Notes under the pieces: model-generated
The model's database searches: none
Seen by the model: only the letters and a program-made list of their open reading frames with translations
What the model was told of the DNA's origin: nothing
NCBI GenBank assembly: GCA_964019335.1
Contig: OZ025680.1
Span: 434,001 to 498,000, forward strand
DNA from: Diplonema japonicum
Taxonomy: Eukaryota; Protista; Euglenozoa: Diplonemea
Reading direction: 5' to 3'
DNA length: 64,000 nt
Shown here: piece after piece, positions 45,443 through 57,178 of the stretch
How positions within the stretch are numbered: the first letter of the stretch is position 1
How the letters are laid out: each line of letters begins with the position of its first letter
Position numbers and translations under genes: made by a program

Positions 45443-46419
45443 TGGAGTTAAGCATAGGTGTCTTGACTGTGTCCCTGTACTTTTTATCCCTTTTCGGGGT
45501 CTTCTGTGTAGTGGTAGCAGATCTGGCGAAGAATGCCAGAGCAAACCTCAGGTCCGTCTTACTTGGGTTGTGCAGTTTTTCGGCGTTCGTGTGCACATGG
45601 TACCACATCGCAATGTGGCTGAAGGGTGACATGGCCAAGCCTGAATACCAAGGTCAGGACTTTTGGTACTGGATTAGAGAGAGCGACCTTTTTGTTGATG
45701 CATACAAACAGGTAGCTGACGGACCGGTTAGGTGGTACTGGAGCGCACAGCTTCTGAGCTTCGTCATGCCATGGGTTTTGTTTGTTGCAGTGGCCAATGC
45801 AAGGAAAGGTGTGAACATAGTGGTGACAGTGTGCTACATCTGGCTTGGCTTTGCTGGGGCGATAAGTCTTGCTCTGCCCCTCCATCTCATAAGATGCGGT
45901 GACAATGGCTACCACCAGCTTCTGGTTGGGTCCAAAGAAGGACAACCCACCGCAAGCCATGGGTTGAAACTCGCGTTGGCGATATCAGGGATCTCCATCG
46001 TGTCGCTACCAGTGTTGAAGGAGGCGGGTTTGTTCTGGGTACCCCTTGCTGCGCTTCACATTGCGTTGCTGTGCTTCCCGTTCTGTGTTCGAAGGCGTGA
46101 CCCTCCCCCTGCGTATTCTCCTCTTTTCTATGCCCTTGCCGTATTCTGCACGGCCACCCACGCCCACAACCTGTACCTGGCATACCCTACGCTCGCTACC
46201 GATCCCTCCCTCATGTGGTCCGAGATCTGGTCCAACCATTGCCAAGCCTCCATAACCTTCGACGCCTTCTTCGTCTCCACCGTCAGCTTCGGGTCCATTC
46301 TCCTCTCGAAGAACTCCCGTCCGGGTTTCTTCCCGTCATTCTTGCTCACTCTTGGCTCGCTGGTTGTATCTCCTGGTGCTACGCTAGCCGTTTGGATGGG
46401 TCTTGCCTCCGGGTATTGA
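45442..46419 (+). CDS. Multi-pass membrane protein of unknown function
   Basis: About 8-9 hydrophobic segments; conserved-looking motifs LFVDAY..V...PVRWYWS, LGFAGAIS.A and NHCQASITFD. Confidence 0.8.
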
Positions 46420-46681
46420 TTTAAACGTGTGTGTTTGGGGGGGGGGGGGGGGGGGTGTAAGGGCTGTTTTAAAAGAATAGTGGAATTGATTAACCTGAAT
46501 GCCTTCCCTCTTAACGGCTGTCTGCATTGGGTTTCTTCCCTTTTTTTGATCCCTTTGGGAAGGTGTTGGGGTCAAGAGTGATGGGATTTCCACCTTTTCC
46601 TTTCTCTTTTTTTTCTCCTGACAGATCTAACCTCGCCCCGTTCTTTAATTGTCCCTCCTACTCCCACCAGGTTTCTCAAAC

Positions 46682-49600
46682 ATGGCACCTGTCAGAACCG
46701 TTCTGCAAGGCGCAACCACGCCCCAGCGCAGCACCGCCACGGCACGAACAAGGACCCCTCCTTCAAGCGTCCGTTCGGCACGAGGTGGGCTGACGACACC
46801 GGGGAGCGCCCGCAGCAGGGCAGGGAAGAGAAGCGAAAGCTGCGCAGTCGGGAAAGCTAAAGACGACATGGTGCAGCCTGTGAGCCTGTTCACGGAAGGA
46901 CCCGGAACACCCACGCAGGAGAAGCGAGAAAAGAAGTCGAAGGGCGACGAGAACATCATTGTGGCAGTGAGGGTGCGGTCCTTCAACGACAAGGAACTCA
47001 ACAGGAAGGAAGAGCTCGCCATCCAGATGAAGGGCGAAACGTGTTTCCTGAACAAGAATGGCGTGGAGAACATCCCGTTCACCTTTGACCACTGCTTCTG
47101 GTCCATCGACCCTTCGCAGGTTGCGACAGAGGTGCCCTACTCCGAGCAGGCAGACATCTACACCTACCTCGGCGAGCCCGTCCTCGACAATGCTCTTCGC
47201 GGCTTCAACTCATCTATCATCGCCTACGGTCAGACAGGGTCTGGCAAGTCTTACTCCATCTTCGGTCCTCCCGGGTCCATCGGCTCGCCCAGAGAAGGTC
47301 TCATTCCCCGTGTGTGCAAGGAGCTCTTCAACAGGCTTGCCTCGCTTACCGCTGAGAACCCCACTACAACTTTCAAAATTAAAGCGACCATGATGGAGGT
47401 CTACATGGAGAAGGTGCACGACCTGCTCAACAACAGGAAGACCATCAAAATACGTGGGGACCTGACACAGGGTTTCAACATACCCACTTTCACTCTGCAG
47501 AGGGGTTTGAAGAAACTCACCTCTTCTGAAGAGGAAAAGTACAAGGACATGGCGGTTGCTGTGGAGGTGAAAACGTACAAAGAGATTGCCGACATCCTCG
47601 CGAAGGGTGAGGACAAGAAGACGTTTGCATGCACGGCCCTCAACGAGAGGTCTTCCAGAGCACACACCATCTTCGAGCTGAAGATCCAACAGTTCAGCAC
47701 CACGAAGTGCGGTGTGCAGAAGACGACGACGTCGAAGCTGACCCTCTGTGACTTGGCGGGGAGCGAGAGGTGCAAGGACGCAAAGACCCTGACGGAGAGC
47801 AAGGAGCTGCAGTTCAAAGAGGCCTGCAGGATCAACACCTCGCTGCTGACGCTGGGCTCTGTCGTTGAAAAGGTCGCCAACCTGAAGGGGTCCTCGAAGC
47901 TTGTCCCCGAGTTCAGGAATTCCGCCCTGACGAAGCTCCTCATGGACAGCATCGGTGGGAACTCCAAAACCGTCATCCTAACCACCATCGCACCTTCAGC
48001 CACCGACACGCACACCTCGCACCAGGCACTGCGCTTCGCCGACCGTGCCAAGTCCATCAAAACACACGCCAGGATCAACGAAGACTCCCTGAAAGAGGTG
48101 GCACAAAAGAAGCAGCAGATGGAGGAGCTCTACAAAAACAAGTTCATGGACCTTGAGAAGGAGTACCAGCTTGAGAAGCAGCAAGCCTCGCTCAACGAGG
48201 AATCTGTGCGTTTGGAGGCAGAGTGCGCCCGTCTGCAGTCGGAGAAGGAGGCATTGGAGAGGCAGAGGATCGAGATGGCTCGCAACGGGCTGACCGAATC
48301 TGAGAAGAGGAGACTGGAGATCAGGGAGCAAGATCTTGCAAAGAGGCTGGCCAAGGTGCAAGCAGAGTTCGATAATGCTCAGGACAAGACCGCAGAGCTT
48401 GTCTCCCGCCACACTGACGAAGTCCAGAACGTGCGTCTTGAGAAGCAAGAACTGGACGACCAGGTGTCTCGTCTGCTCGCAGAGCTGGATGAGGAACGTG
48501 GCAAATACCAAGATGCCCTTGCCGAGTGGGAACTGGAGCGCGACACGCAGCGCTTGGAGAACAAAGCAGCCATCTCCCAGCTCACCGAACAGCACAAGGA
48601 GACCTTGGCCAAGCAGATGGAGGCGTTCCGCAAGGCTGGTGCTGAGAACCTCACTCCTCTGGTTGAAAAGGTTGGGAAGCTCACGAAGGAGTCCTTGAAT
48701 AAGGAGACAGAGTGGAAGGCAAAGCTCCACGAGAGGGACACTGCCATCGAGGAGTTGAACGGCAAGGTCAACACTCTCACTGCAGAACTCAAGGAAGCCA
48801 ACAGCAAGAACCTCGTCTTGAAATCCAAACTGAACCAGGCCACCGCCGAGTCCGAGCGTGCACAGGACCAGCTGGTCACCGCGCAGGAGGGATCGAAGCT
48901 CACCTCGAAGCTGTACGAGGACCTCGCTGAGAAGGACACGCACATCAAGGACTTAGAGAGCACTCTCAGCGACCTGAAGACGGTGCTGCAGTGCGAGACG
49001 ACTGGGTCGGACAACATGCAGGAGATGCTCCAGAGCCTGTTACAAAGCAAGCGTGCAGCGACTCAGGAAAGGGACGCCGCCATGTCGAAGCTGAACCTGG
49101 AGGCCAAGAAGTACGGAATGCTCCAGGACAAGAACGAGACGGTGCTCAAGGCGGAGAAGGAAAAGCACGAGGCGGCGATGAAGGGGTTGAAGGAGAAGAT
49201 TGACTCGCTGGCAACGTCGGGGAAGAACGCCGAGCAGGAGGTCGAGGCCAAGATGGAGAAGGAAAGGGCCAAGCACTTCGAAGCGGTAGCTAGCACGCAG
49301 GCTGAGATGGAGAAGAAGATGACGTTGATGGTCACCAAGCATGTCGATGACATCGCACATTTGAACGAACAGCACGAGATCTCCCTTGAAAGGGCATCAG
49401 AGGCACACTCTGAGGCGGTTGAAGTACTGAAGAAGATCCACGAGCAGGAAAAGCAAGGACTTGAGGCGGCTAACTCCTCTATCGAGTCGTTGTTGCAGGA
49501 AATCGAAGAGAAGAGCGCAAAGCTTACCGCAAAGAGCCGCGACCTGAAAGATGCCGAGCACCGTGAGGAGATGCTTGTCGCAGAGCGTGACAACCTTAAC

Positions 49601-50419
49601 GGAGAAGTCCTGAAGGCACAGAAGCTGGCAAAGACGACAGAGGAAACCCTGGAGGGGGTGAAAAAGGAAATCCGCGTCCTAAAGCAAGAGCAGCTCGATG
49701 AGATCGACAACGTAAAACGCGAGTCACGCAGAGACATGGACAACGCTAGACGTGCCATGGAGCAGAAGAACATGGACTCAGTGAAGAAGTACGACGAAGA
49801 AAGACGTGAGATGTACAGCAGAACGGACAAGGAAATCGAGGAGGTGAAAGAGTACGAACAGCGTAGGGTGAAGATGCTGAAGCAGGAGCTTGAAGACAAA
49901 ATCGAAGGGCTTGAGGAAGACAAGACAGCGCTGACCAGCGAGCTGAACGAATTAAGGGAAAAAACGCAACTGATGGAAGTCAAAGCCGAAAAGCTACAGA
50001 GAGAGGCAAGACAGTACGAAAGGCTGAAGCTCGACGACGTGGAAGATGCAAAGACGGCGCTGGAAGCCAAGTACAAGGCCACCGTTGAGGATCTCATGGC
50101 TAAAATGCAGACCCAGCAGAAGACCTACACCGCAGCCATGGAGGCGGAGAAGCAGAAGCGTAAGAAGGTGACACAGGAACTTGAGCTTGCAAAGCAGAAG
50201 GAAAAGAACTCTATGCAGAATCTTATTTCGATGTTCCAGCAGACTCAGAATGACTTCCAAGCCCGCCTTCAGGATGAAGCTGCGAAGAAGGAAGAGAAGA
50301 ACGATGCTAGCGTCTCACCTACCACCTCCCCCCGTACCCTTAATGACACGCTTAGCAGGTCATTTGCGGAGCTCCTGAGCAAATCCAAACCCGCGGAGGA
50401 GGCACCCATGTCGCCGTGA
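46682..50419 (+). CDS. N-terminal kinesin motor (kinesin-3/K39-like) with long coiled-coil tail
   Basis: VAVRVR, FTFDHCFWS, AYGQTGSGKS, NERSSRAH, DLAGSE, INTSL.TLG; roughly 750 aa of heptads. Confidence 0.95.
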   Translation: MAPVRTVLQGATTPQRSTATARTRTPPSSVRSARGGLTTPGSARSRAGKRSESCAVGKAKDDMVQPVSLFTEGPGTPTQEKREKKSKGDENIIVAVRVRSFNDKELNRKEELAIQMKGETCFLNKNGVENIPFTFDHCFWSIDPSQVATEVPYSEQADIYTYLGEPVLDNALRGFNSSIIAYGQTGSGKSYSIFGPPGSIGSPREGLIPRVCKELFNRLASLTAENPTTTFKIKATMMEVYMEKVHDLLNNRKTIKIRGDLTQGFNIPTFTLQRGLKKLTSSEEEKYKDMAVAVEVKTYKEIADILAKGEDKKTFACTALNERSSRAHTIFELKIQQFSTTKCGVQKTTTSKLTLCDLAGSERCKDAKTLTESKELQFKEACRINTSLLTLGSVVEKVANLKGSSKLVPEFRNSALTKLLMDSIGGNSKTVILTTIAPSATDTHTSHQALRFADRAKSIKTHARINEDSLKEVAQKKQQMEELYKNKFMDLEKEYQLEKQQASLNEESVRLEAECARLQSEKEALERQRIEMARNGLTESEKRRLEIREQDLAKRLAKVQAEFDNAQDKTAELVSRHTDEVQNVRLEKQELDDQVSRLLAELDEERGKYQDALAEWELERDTQRLENKAAISQLTEQHKETLAKQMEAFRKAGAENLTPLVEKVGKLTKESLNKETEWKAKLHERDTAIEELNGKVNTLTAELKEANSKNLVLKSKLNQATAESERAQDQLVTAQEGSKLTSKLYEDLAEKDTHIKDLESTLSDLKTVLQCETTGSDNMQEMLQSLLQSKRAATQERDAAMSKLNLEAKKYGMLQDKNETVLKAEKEKHEAAMKGLKEKIDSLATSGKNAEQEVEAKMEKERAKHFEAVASTQAEMEKKMTLMVTKHVDDIAHLNEQHEISLERASEAHSEAVEVLKKIHEQEKQGLEAANSSIESLLQEIEEKSAKLTAKSRDLKDAEHREEMLVAERDNLNGEVLKAQKLAKTTEETLEGVKKEIRVLKQEQLDEIDNVKRESRRDMDNARRAMEQKNMDSVKKYDEERREMYSRTDKEIEEVKEYEQRRVKMLKQELEDKIEGLEEDKTALTSELNELREKTQLMEVKAEKLQREARQYERLKLDDVEDAKTALEAKYKATVEDLMAKMQTQQKTYTAAMEAEKQKRKKVTQELELAKQKEKNSMQNLISMFQQTQNDFQARLQDEAAKKEEKNDASVSPTTSPRTLNDTLSRSFAELLSKSKPAEEAPMSP

Positions 50420-51952
50420 GAAAAGTAATGGGGAAAAAAAAATGCGGTTTGAAAGAATGAAAAACGAAAGAAATTGGTTTTTATATATATATAAAAAAAA
50501 AAAAAATGTTACCTAGAGTTTTGTGTTTTTTTTTACTCTCCCCTTTTTCCTCCCTTGTTAAATTTTTTCCCCCCCTCTCACCTTCCCACAGAATGTGGAA
50601 AGGTGTTAGCCTGCCCTTGGTACTCGTTTCTTTTTTTTTCTTCTTCCTAATGCCCTGAAAATAAATGAAAATTAAACCAAAAAAAAAAAAGTATGAGAAA
50701 TTCAAAATAAACGAGATACATGTACCTTTTTTTTGTTTTGAAAAGAATTATGTTCACCCACCCCCACCCCCTTTTTTTTGCAGTCCTCCTGATTTTTCTC
50801 TCCCTCTCCCCTTGAAAGGAAGAAGGAAGGATACCGGAAGAGGTCAGGGAGGGTTCCTAAGGAGGAAAGAATGAAATGAAGGGGAACGGGGGGGGGGGTG
50901 GAATAAGAGGAAGAGAACAAAAAAAAGTAAACTCGAGAAGAGAAAGATTAAGGAGAGGTGGGAGAAAAACCCCTGGTGCCAATGAGGCCCTTGTGATAGA
51001 AAGTTCCTCTCTCTTTCTCTTATTTTCTGTCTCAATTTGATCTTTTTTTCGCTTCTTCTTCTTCCCCCCTCTACTGGCCGGTCCAACAGACAGCCAGTTC
51101 CTTTTGTTCTATCTTGGTTCCCTAGTTATTCCCATTGTTTTCAGCCACTTCTCGTATACTTACCCTCCCAACCCTCACTTGTTTAAGATGCTAATGTTTT
51201 CCCCCCTCCCTTTTTTTTTTCCCCTCCTCCCCATTGGTATGCCGTGGAAAAAAAAAAAAAAAAAAGAGTTGATTGCTGGCTATGGTCCGGTGCGTAATAG
51301 AAAAAAAAGAAAAGGGGGAAAAAAAAAACAAAACAAAAATAGACCCCCTGCCCTATTGCAAGAGTTATTCAGTGGTAGGTATCCCTCTGCTAAGGCTAAA
51401 TACCTCCCTGAGTGAGACTGATGGTGAACAAGTACAGTGATGGAAAAAAATGCAAAGAACTTTTTTAAAAAAAGAAAAAAAATATATATATTCCGCATAC
51501 TATCACATAAGAAACGCAGCCTGCACTGAGAGACACTCAGAGGTCCCAGTTTGCATGATGTGCTCTCTTGCAATGTAAGAAGGGGAAAAATACAAGAAGA
51601 TTTAAATGTTGTGTGACATTTAATGGTTTCTTCTTCCTTTTTTTTTGTATGTTAACATGTAGTGAGATTCTTCTTTTCTTTTTTTTTTATTTTCCATTTT
51701 TTGCGAGACAGAAGACCACGTGTCAAGAGAAAAAAGTTATTTCTTCTTTTTTTTCTTTTGCATCCCCCCCCTTCCCCCCCCCCCCTTTATTCTAGATTGT
51801 TTATGTTTTTTTTAATCCAAATTTACTCCCTTTCCTCTTCCCCCTATTCTCTACCCTCTTTACTTACCCCCTCCCATTTATTTGTTCCAATCCAAGTCAA
51901 GTCCACAGGGAGAGTGAGGGGGTGATTAGAAGAAAAGAAATAACTACTGCAA

Positions 51953-54307
51953 ATGCATCAGGCAATGCAGCAGCTGGCAGTGCCAGCATCGATCAGAAAG
52001 GGGGTTACAGTAGACCTTGAGCAGTACAAAAAAGAAGGAAAGACATTCATGAGTCTAAAGGAAAGTGCGGAGGCTGGTGCTCTGGAGTACGTGGCGGTAC
52101 AGGTTGTACAGGGGAAGGTAGAGGACATCACGAAGACGGAGGACTTCGGTGAGAGGGGGACAGCTTTGCATTACGCTGCGAAGAATGGCCATCTTCTGGT
52201 GGTAGACTTCCTGATGGAACACGATGCTCGGATCAACGCACGCTCCGACACCATGAACGCAACAGAGGAAGGGAATCAGACCCCCCTCATGTGGGCTGTG
52301 AAGAACACCCACCTCCACCCTAATGTCATCTTGGCGCTTATTGAGCGTGGGGCAGACGTCACCCTCACAGATGCCAATGAACACACCGCCCTCACCTTTT
52401 CCCTGAAGCGCCCTTTCCTCGCGCACACCCTCCATGTCCGTGGGTGTCCCGTGCAGCCCTCCGACCTTCTCTACGCTGCTAAACACGGTTACAAAACAGG
52501 CCTCCAATACCTCCTCGAGAACCACAAGCTCATTATCCCCGACCCCAATCACCAGTCGGAGGATTCGGGCTTCACTGCACTGCACGAGGCGGCCTCCCAT
52601 GGGCATTACGACTGCGTCAAGGTGCTGCTTTTCGCGGGTGCCGATGCCAAACTCAAGGACAAGTCGGGGCGGACCGCGGACGAGATGCCCGGGTGCACGT
52701 CGTCCATCCGGAAGCTGATTGCCCAGGGCGTCAACAGGTACGACGAGGACCACGCCAACCTGTGGATCATCAGCAAGAAGGACAAGCTCAAGCGCTTCCT
52801 CCTCGCAGCTGCCCTTCCCAACACAGCGCTTGTCATAGCGTCCCTGTACCTGCCTGCAGTGTTCGGGTTCGTGGTGCTGCTGCTGAACCTTTACGGCGTG
52901 CAGATGGCAACAAAGGTGTCCGCGAAGAGCAGGGAACCGGAACCATCGCTAGCGGGGTGGTACTCGGGTGCACTGGTCTTCGGGAGCACCATCCTCGTGA
53001 TGTACGTGTTCCCTGAGCTGGACGAGCCTGTCATGAAGGCTGTGTGGTGGGTTGTTACTGTTGCCATGTTCGTTTGCTACGTGCGTGCTGCCACATGTGA
53101 CCCTGGAGTGGTGGTGCCCACGAAGAACGACAGGGAGGAGGCCTTCAACGTGATAAAGAATGGTCAGGATCCTGATCAGTTGGATTTCTGCCCCACAACA
53201 CTGTGCAAGAAGCCTTTCAGGGCGAAGTTCTGCTCCACGTCGCTGAAGCTTGTGCACCGCTTCGACCACTACTGTGTGTGGACCTCGAACACCATCGGGG
53301 CAGGGAACCACCGCCCCTTCTTCTTCTTTACCGTGCTGCAATCCATCTCGCAGTCGCTGGTGCTGGCCTTCGCCGTCAAGTTCACGAAGCTGAACAACCA
53401 GCCCTCCTACGAAATCTGCACCATCCTCGACTACCTCTTCAACGACAGGAACTCCATTGTCACCTACTTCTTCCTCTTCTACAACATAGCTGTCATCCTC
53501 TTCATTGGCGCTGTCTTCACATGCCAGTTCTGGTACATCTCACGGAACGTCACCTCGAATGAGGTGTGGTTCCCAGACAGGTACCAGTGGTGCTTTAACA
53601 TAGGGGCCCGCACGCACACCTTGTATGACAGAGGGTTCTGGTCTAATTGGAATGATTTTCTGTTCGGGGATTTGAAGGGGTACAGAAGGGTGCTGCCGTC
53701 GATGGAGGGGAACAAGCATTTGAGTGAGAAGATTAGGAAGTATCAGGAGAAGTATGGAAGCTTGGGGAACCAGTCGGGCGGGCATTCACACGGGGGGAAA
53801 CCGTGCTCGGGGCACGGGGGGGCACCGCCACCACTTCCACCACCACCGGCTGCTGTGTCGCAGAAAGCTGAGTCCCCTGTAGCTTCGGGGAATGTGAAGG
53901 TGTCTGGGGCAAGCGGGAACCTAGTCGATGAAGAAACAGGTTTTGTGTACCCTGTGCAGCTAAAGGATCATATCAGCAAGATGCCTCTTGAGACACGCAA
54001 GCAGATGGCCGCCAAGCAGCAGGAGATGTTCCAGCAGCACGATCTCATTGATAACACAACTGGTTCACTGTCCCTCCCGGACAAGGACCAGCAGGACCGT
54101 TTCATCGCAAGCTCCAACGAAATGCAGTCTCAGTCCCAACGGTACATCCCCCAGACTCAACAGGTGGCCGATACCCGCTCCAGTGCAACAGGCGGTTCCC
54201 ATCCTGAAGACGAACAGCCCGCTATACTTACTACCTCCGTTACAAGGAGTGCCTCTTTGAGGACCACTGCTAAGATGCGATCATCGACCCAGACCAAGGG
54301 GGAATGA
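51953..54307 (+). CDS. Ankyrin-repeat palmitoyl acyltransferase (Akr1/ZDHHC13/17 family) with DHYC motif
   Basis: Ankyrin repeats (TALHYAA, TPLMWA, TALHEAA), TM segments, DPG, FCPT..CKKPFRAKFC...VHRFDHYCVW..N.IG..NHR, NVTSNE. Confidence 0.93.
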   Translation: MHQAMQQLAVPASIRKGVTVDLEQYKKEGKTFMSLKESAEAGALEYVAVQVVQGKVEDITKTEDFGERGTALHYAAKNGHLLVVDFLMEHDARINARSDTMNATEEGNQTPLMWAVKNTHLHPNVILALIERGADVTLTDANEHTALTFSLKRPFLAHTLHVRGCPVQPSDLLYAAKHGYKTGLQYLLENHKLIIPDPNHQSEDSGFTALHEAASHGHYDCVKVLLFAGADAKLKDKSGRTADEMPGCTSSIRKLIAQGVNRYDEDHANLWIISKKDKLKRFLLAAALPNTALVIASLYLPAVFGFVVLLLNLYGVQMATKVSAKSREPEPSLAGWYSGALVFGSTILVMYVFPELDEPVMKAVWWVVTVAMFVCYVRAATCDPGVVVPTKNDREEAFNVIKNGQDPDQLDFCPTTLCKKPFRAKFCSTSLKLVHRFDHYCVWTSNTIGAGNHRPFFFFTVLQSISQSLVLAFAVKFTKLNNQPSYEICTILDYLFNDRNSIVTYFFLFYNIAVILFIGAVFTCQFWYISRNVTSNEVWFPDRYQWCFNIGARTHTLYDRGFWSNWNDFLFGDLKGYRRVLPSMEGNKHLSEKIRKYQEKYGSLGNQSGGHSHGGKPCSGHGGAPPPLPPPPAAVSQKAESPVASGNVKVSGASGNLVDEETGFVYPVQLKDHISKMPLETRKQMAAKQQEMFQQHDLIDNTTGSLSLPDKDQQDRFIASSNEMQSQSQRYIPQTQQVADTRSSATGGSHPEDEQPAILTTSVTRSASLRTTAKMRSSTQTKGE

Positions 54308-54507
54308 TAAGGATGAAGAAATAAATAAATAAAACGAGCAGTTAAAAAAAAAACTTTTTTATACTCCCCCCCCGGAATCAGAAAAAAGAAAAAAAAAGCT
54401 AATTTTTTTTGTTTTTTTTGTTATTTTGTTTCTTTGTCTTTGCTTTTGCGTTTCAAAAAAAAAAGAAAAAAAAAAAGGTTCTTGCCGGAAATAAAAATTC
54501 TCCCATG

Positions 54508-54540
<33 letters not shown>

Positions 54541-54898
54541 GTTGGGCTAGTTGCTTCTTGAAAAGGGTTTTTAGCTATACTACGTGCCTAGCCGATTCGG
54601 GTAGAGCATAGCCGGAAAAGCAGAGCTGTGGATGAGGGAAAAAAAAAAAATTAGTTTTACGATTTTTGAATCAGTGTTTCCTTTAGTTTTTTGCCCCCCC
54701 CCTTTTTTTCACCGTGTATCCTACGCACCTTCCGTTTCAACCTCTGCCCTTCTCACCCAATTCACTTCTTTTTTTTCCCGTGAGAAAAAAAAAAAAAAAA
54801 AAAAATCGAGATGGGTGTTTCGTTAGATGCGCACATTTTTTTCCCTGTTGCTAGGGAGACCATCGGATCAACAGTAAAACAGGAAAGAAAATGCAGTG

Positions 54899-54947
<49 letters not shown>

Positions 54948-55118
54948 TTTACGCCAGACCCAGTCATCAAAAAAGAGGGGCCATGCCTTATGTGTATTTG
55001 TGTGCTAGATATTTCTTTTTGTTTTTCCTTTCGTCTTACGTTTCTGTTTATTTCCCCCCCCATTTTTTGACTTTGTCCAAGCAAAGGAAGAAAAACACGA
55101 TGCAAAGTGTTTTTTTTT

Positions 55119-55152
<34 letters not shown>

Positions 55153-55501
55153 GGAGGAGGTACATCCCCATTTTTACCTCTTCCCCCCCCTTTTTTTTTT
55201 TACTCCTTTCAAAGAACAATGCTCCATCACATCTTTTTTATCCTTCATTCTTCCCCCCCCCAAAAAAAAAGAGATACGGAAGGAGATGGGGGGAAAAAAA
55301 AAGAAGGAAAAAAAAAGAGTACACCCAGAAATAGACAAAGCTAGTCCAACCACCTTTTTTTTTCTTCATTTTTTTTTATTCCCAATGCCACTCCCTTTTT
55401 TTTCTTATTTCTTCCCCCATTTCATCGGTTTTTTTTTTTTTGAACCTTTTACAAAAAGATCATAGGTTACACCCGTTCACCCCCCCATTCAAAAAAATAA
55501 A

Positions 55502-55993
55502 ATGGAAAATTCATTAATGGTATTGAAATATATGTTGATAACAGGATGCCTTGTCACCTCAGCATCCACAGTGACTGTGTTGAAGCCGTTTAGCTTAAGG
55601 GGTACAATGACATCGTCGCATGCAACATTTGGTGCTTCCTTCATAGGCACACGACCAACAGTTGGGAAGGCGGTGCAGGCGCAGCCTTATGCTGGATGCA
55701 CTGAGCTGGCCAACAGGCAGGAGATGAAAGGCGCGATCTGCCTTGTTGAACGGGGTGGTTGCTCCTTCGTGGCCATGGCCACCAACTGCTACCTAGCAGG
55801 TGCCAGTGGCGTGATGATCATCGACAACTCCACAGACACGACACACATTACCCTGACAGGGACAACGTCCCTCCCGTTGCCGAAGACTGTCATGGTCCCT
55901 AGATACTCCGGGCAGGCGATTTTACGAGAAATCACACATGGTGAACAGGTAGTAGTGAGCATAGGTTTGGATATGAGACCGGTGAAGGGGTGA
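55502..55993 (+). CDS. Small secreted PA (protease-associated) domain protein
   Basis: Signal peptide, ATFG, P..GC, GAICLVERGGCSF, AGASGVMIID. Confidence 0.85.
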   Translation: MENSLMVLKYMLITGCLVTSASTVTVLKPFSLRGTMTSSHATFGASFIGTRPTVGKAVQAQPYAGCTELANRQEMKGAICLVERGGCSFVAMATNCYLAGASGVMIIDNSTDTTHITLTGTTSLPLPKTVMVPRYSGQAILREITHGEQVVVSIGLDMRPVKG

Positions 55994-56036
55994 GAGAGAA
56001 TTTTTTTTTTTTTTTTTAGTTTTTTTTTTTTTCCCC

Positions 56037-56073
<37 letters not shown>

Positions 56074-56109
56074 TTGGTGTTAAAAAAAAAAAGAAAAAAA
56101 AATAATAAT

Positions 56110-56604
56110 ATGAAGATCGTGCCTCCAAATTTTGGATTCGTGGAGGAGCAAATATACCGCAGCGGGGAGCCGACGGAGCTGAATTTTCCGTTTTTGGAGA
56201 CGTTGAAATTGAAAATGTGTATATCACTATCGAGTGAGGGGCCCAATGGGGGTTTTGAGTCGTGGTTGGCTGCGAACAACGTCACGCTGGTGAAGGGTAT
56301 AGACACCACGTCGGACAACGGGAACCTCCCCTTCACAGAGGAACTGTGTATTGATCTCCTTCAGAAGATGCTGGATCCTGACAGCTATCCTATCCTTGTG
56401 TGCGACGGCATGGGGAAGACCCGCACAGGAACTATCATTGGCTGCCTTCGGAAGCTCCAGCGCTGGAACCTTGCCTCTATTCTCACAGAGTACCGCAGGT
56501 ACGCAGGGAACAAAGGCCGTCTGGACAACGAGCAGTTCATAGAACTCTTCGATATCGATCTCGTTGCTATCCCTGCTAACGCACCGAGTAAATTTGTGTT
56601 TTGA
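56110..56604 (+). CDS. PFA-DSP (Siw14/OCA) family protein, probably catalytically inactive
   Basis: PPNFGFVE..IYRSG.P..LNFPFL..LKLK, GCLRKLQRW and EYRRYAG.K.R..NEQFIELFD; P-loop reads VCDGMGKTRTG. Confidence 0.88.
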   Translation: MKIVPPNFGFVEEQIYRSGEPTELNFPFLETLKLKMCISLSSEGPNGGFESWLAANNVTLVKGIDTTSDNGNLPFTEELCIDLLQKMLDPDSYPILVCDGMGKTRTGTIIGCLRKLQRWNLASILTEYRRYAGNKGRLDNEQFIELFDIDLVAIPANAPSKFVF

Positions 56605-56830
56605 GTTTTTTTTTTTTTTTTTTTTTCCTTTTTTTTTTTTCTATTCTCAAAATAAATAGATTACCACCCGATTTCATGATTTTTTTTTTTTTTTTCCCAG
56701 ACGAATTTACAAAAGTTCTTTAGCCTTGTTTTGGCCCATGACAAGAAGAAAAAAAAAAAAGGATGTGGAATAAACTTCAGAATAAAGATTTTCTTCCGAA
56801 AGTGAATTACTCCCGAAAAAAAACTACAGT

Positions 56831-56874
<44 letters not shown>

Positions 56875-56896
56875 TTCGTTGTTTGTTACATTTATT

Positions 56897-57000
56897 TATC
56901 TTTCAAAAAAAAAATTTGATTTTATAACTATATGCAACTTGAGCCGAGCAAAATATTTTCGCAGCTTTTTATGACCTTTTTTGCTCGTGCGAACAAAAAA
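56897..57000 (+). repeat. Dispersed bipartite intergenic repeat, copy 3
   Basis: ATGCAACTTGAGCCGAGCA (56932-56950) ... TGCTCGTGCG (56982-56991). Confidence 0.8.
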
Positions 57001-57178
57001 GTTAAGATTTTTACATTGTACTTCAAAAATAAATTATTTTTCAATTTTTTTCTTTAAATGCCCTGTACTTAGAAGAGATTTTTTTTTTCACTTGAATTTT
57101 GACCACGGGAAAAAAAACCCCCCCCCTCCCCCCAGTATACCAAGAAAAGAAAAAAAAAGTAAATACAAAAAAAAAAAA

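Noticed and set aside
53260-53280. DHYC instead of DHHC as a novelty
   Set aside because: DHYC is the known active variant in Akr1-type enzymes.
54575-54630. tRNA A-box-like tagccgattcgggtagagca
   Set aside because: No B-box, acceptor stem or cloverleaf follows.
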